DNA of 64,000 nucleotides from Nymphaea colorata (lineage: Eukaryota), in NCBI RefSeq assembly GCF_008831285.2, contig NC_045138.2, forward strand, positions 682,001-746,000. The letters run 5' to 3'. A program made the position numbers and the translations under genes. The notes under the pieces were generated by a model, which searched no databases, had not been told where the DNA came from, and worked only from the letters and a program-made list of their open reading frames with translations. Of the stretch, positions 60,581-64,000 are shown piece by piece (position 1 is the stretch's first letter; the number at the start of each line of letters is the position of its first letter).

Positions 60581-63251
60581 ACTTCATCAGTTTAAATTTT
60601 TTTTATATATGAATGCCCCTTAGCGTTTGAAATTTAAACTTAGAGTGCCCTCAACAGCCTTATAATCTGCAGCTATCACGGTCTTTTACAAGGGTGGAGT
60701 TGAAGAATTTTTTTTTTTTTTTGCGAGGGAACCAAATTTTAGTTTTAAATTTTTAACAAAAGCTGAAACATAATTTTTCCAAATTTTAATGTAAGCTAAA
60801 CTAAATTTTTTACAACTTATAAGTAAATTTTTGATCTTTTTTCTTTAATTCGACAGGAAGCCATGGCTCGGATAGTCCCCTGCCTGCCTCGGCCCCCGAA
60901 TCCTTAGATAGCCTTTCCAATCAGTGACGATAGAGACTAACTTGAGGATTTTATCGTAGTCTCTTAAGTCGCGATTCTTACGTCATTTACTCGATCGGTT
61001 AGAGAAACATCTTATATTCATTTGAACATGCATCTAAAACACATACAAGAACTGAGTTTTAATACCATGTGACATGTCTTTGTTCCACACTAAATCTCTA
61101 ATTTATGTTGATGTGAGAACAAACGGTAGTATTCTGCAAATAACTTGTGGCGGAGGCGGAGCCACACCAGCTATTCAAGGTTTTTATTTTTTATTTTTAA
61201 ATTAATATTTTTAAATATTTGGTATGTTATGTATATCAGTGCCCTTTAGAACATGAAAATATGTAAAGAGTGCCCCCTTCAAAAACTTTTTCTAAGTTCG
61301 CCATGACTTTCTTCAACTTCATTCTCTTGCACATTTTGTAAGTATAACTAAATAACTCATAACAAATTAATTTAAACAACATGTCCTAATTTTACAGTTT
61401 TTCCATTTAGCGGACAATTTTTTTTTTTATATATGTGTGTATGCCAGCAACATGTGTGTGAATTAAAGCTGCTAAATATAAGATATTTAATCTTATTTGT
61501 TCTTCATTTCAACAAATAAGTGTATGTTCTTGAGAAATGCTCATATTTTAGGATCTGATTTTAATTCAGGATGCTAACGGTGGATAGAGATGAGCTTGTC
61601 TGAATCTGTGGCTGCTATACAATCAGTTATTTTAGAGAGAGAAAGAGAAAGAGAGAGAATACTGTTTTACAGTTTTCTCTTTCTCTTTTTTATAAAAGTT
61701 TCGAATTCCAACGTCTCAATTCCGCGTAAAGGATAGACATTGAGACGTAGAAAAGTTCAAAATTTTTCTGGAATTCTTGTCAGTACAAAACTATAGATCC
61801 AGCAAACACAACTATTCACCTTTTCCTTTCTTGTTTTTTTATGTCTTTGCCTTTCCTTCCCTTTTGGGGCCTCACTTTTTTATTTAATATCATAAACAAG
61901 CTTAATGGCCGGCCTATTTTTATGAAAAGATGAAGCACCATACTGGGAAAAATGGGAAATTTTCCTTGTGCAATAAATTACACCGGTTGCCCCTCCAATC
62001 AAGGGATACATGAACACAATTTATTGATTCTACCAATATGGACCGCCCATCTTAAATGGGGGCCTTTGTGGTGGGTCCCACAATATGTGTGGGTATTATA
62101 TATATATATATATTTTTTCCTTTTTTAGGGTATGGGCAGCACTAGCCACAACAACTTCCCCTAGCTTGGCCTGTTTGACTTATCCAACATGAGGTCAGCT
62201 CAGTCAGTTGAATCGCATCAGCCATTGACTGCACCCTAGATTCAATTCCAGTCAAACTTGGTTCAGTTAGTAGAGAGAGAGAGACTTTGACTATTAGAAA
62301 TAACCAACTCACTGATAAGGGCCTTCCTATTTATTACAATTGAGAAAAAAATAAAGAGAAAACTATGGAAACTAACATTAGATAATAAAAATATTTATTA
62401 TTTTTTTTCTTTTTGTTTTTCTCTTAACCATCTATCAAACCATCTATCAGGATGGATCAATGGGCCCTTCGAATTGAGTTGGGTGACCATTCAATTTTAT
62501 ATATAAACATGTAACTATCAAACCCTCATATATCATAATATCAATGGGAATCATTTAGGATATGGTGGAAATAAACTTACAAATGTAAAATGCAAGTTAT
62601 TTTTTCAAGAGTCCGAAACACCCTTTCATCAAAGTGCAAGGTTTTATCTATGCAAGGAAGGAAAAGTAACGGCTCTACAAATCGGAACTAGAAATGCACC
62701 ATTAACACGCTACCACCCAACCAGCTATGCTACACCCAAACGAATGCTACCAATTCAAAATATTTTACATTAGATGCTTAAGTATCAAACTTGTTGTGAG
62801 GTTTTTAGCTAAGAATTGCGTATAAGCATTAGCATGACGCAAATCAAAGTGCCAAGATATCTTGACAACATGATGGTGGAATGACTCCAAAATAGAGAAG
62901 GTAAATGAAAGAACTTGTGGTTGTGGAGTCACATTGATGTGATCTCGATTTTAGCTCTACATCAAGAGAATTAATCATGCAAGGAAATTGATGACAGATC
63001 TTTTCTTCTTTGCAATGGTATGTTTATGTCACAAGCAAAACCCTACCAAGTCTATGCCGATTGAAGTTTCCCAGGCATCATTTTCTTTACTTCCTTTTCA
63101 TTTTAAGAGCCCTCGGCCATATTCTAAATCAGATTTGTTTATCGGATCCAGTTAAATTGACTTGGAATCAGATCAATAGCTGGATATATCTGATTCGTTT
63201 ACATCCTGGTGTCCATGAATGTGAAATTGCTCAAATGGACATACCTTAAAA

Positions 63252-63447
63252 CATGGGTGGAGCCAACCTAGGGTCCGATTTGGCCGTGCCCCCACCTTAT
63301 TTTTTTTTTTTTAAATTTACATGTAAATTTTAAAAAGTTTCACTTGTTCTATATAAAAATTTTAAAAAATGATATTTTCGTCATAATCAAAATTTAAAAA
63401 CTTTAATTCAATTCTTTTCATGAAAAAATTTTCTGACTCCACCCCTA
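63252..63447. mobile_element. hAT-type MITE, same family as 39313-39505
   Basis: Ends CATGGGTGGAGCCA / TGACTCCACCCCTA. The interior resembles the reverse complement of 39320-39470. No TSD recognisable. Confidence 0.55.
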
Positions 63448-63862
63448 TTATCACCCCTATTACAAGACTCTTAAAACGAAGAAGAGTAGCCCTTCACTGT
63501 CTCTTTATTTTTAACATTTTGAAACATTTGTTGTATTATATATAATGTGCCTTTTTCAATATCGAAGTATAATGTGCATTTTTTAATATAGAAATATATG
63601 AATAAGTGCCCTCAAAAGAACATTTTCTCGCTCTGCCAGTAAAAGCACCGTAAGGCTCCAACCAGATCAAATCATGCATTATTTTCAACAAGTTGCGTGT
63701 CTACCTGTCAGTTCTACATGTATGTTCTTTTGAGGGCAGGTGGTAGGCATCAGTGGGTAGTCCACATAGGGAGTGTAGATCTTGCTGCCACTTCTGTGGT
63801 GTTGTCCTTTCAATCCATGTCTCCTATGGCTTACCCGCTATTATGCATCCATCGGATTTTCT

Positions 63863-63864
<2 letters not shown>

Positions 63865-63937
<73 letters not shown>
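63865..63937. repeat. (TA)n microsatellite
   Basis: Direct observation. Confidence 0.95.
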
Positions 63938-63938
<1 letters not shown>

Positions 63939-64000
63939 CTACTATATCCTTATATGTCATACTGATGCGAATAATCTAGATTGTGTTCTTTTCATAAGTC

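Overview
Flowering-plant nuclear genomic DNA: AT-rich, with spliceosomal introns and many (TA)n/(GA)n tracts. The species cannot be fixed from the sequence alone. Five intact multi-exon genes can be reconstructed by hand: RTE1 (+, 1493-2822), nuclear-encoded chloroplast NDH subunit NdhO (+, 4907-9843), Golgi GDP-mannose transporter GONST1 (+, 14797-24435, with an N-terminal extension that needs a GC-AG intron), transcriptional co-repressor SEUSS (-, 36620-27834) and sugar transporter SWEET1 (-, 59191-54624). Introns and intergenic DNA hold a Ty1/copia remnant, several non-autonomous hAT-type and other MITEs, and microsatellites. The least explained region is 49.9-54.5 kb. It has a GC-rich first-exon-like segment, then a near-identical 1616-bp tandem duplication with a 5-bp junction microhomology. 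Each copy contains a 3x123-bp array and a chain of putative 5-, 15- and 7-nt micro-exons that would splice to a 19-aa ORF converging on SWEET1. That model, a 167-bp foldback hairpin and a hammerhead-like core are hypotheses only. No tRNA, rRNA or CRISPR array was seen. Gene identities come from recalled family sequences, not from database searches.
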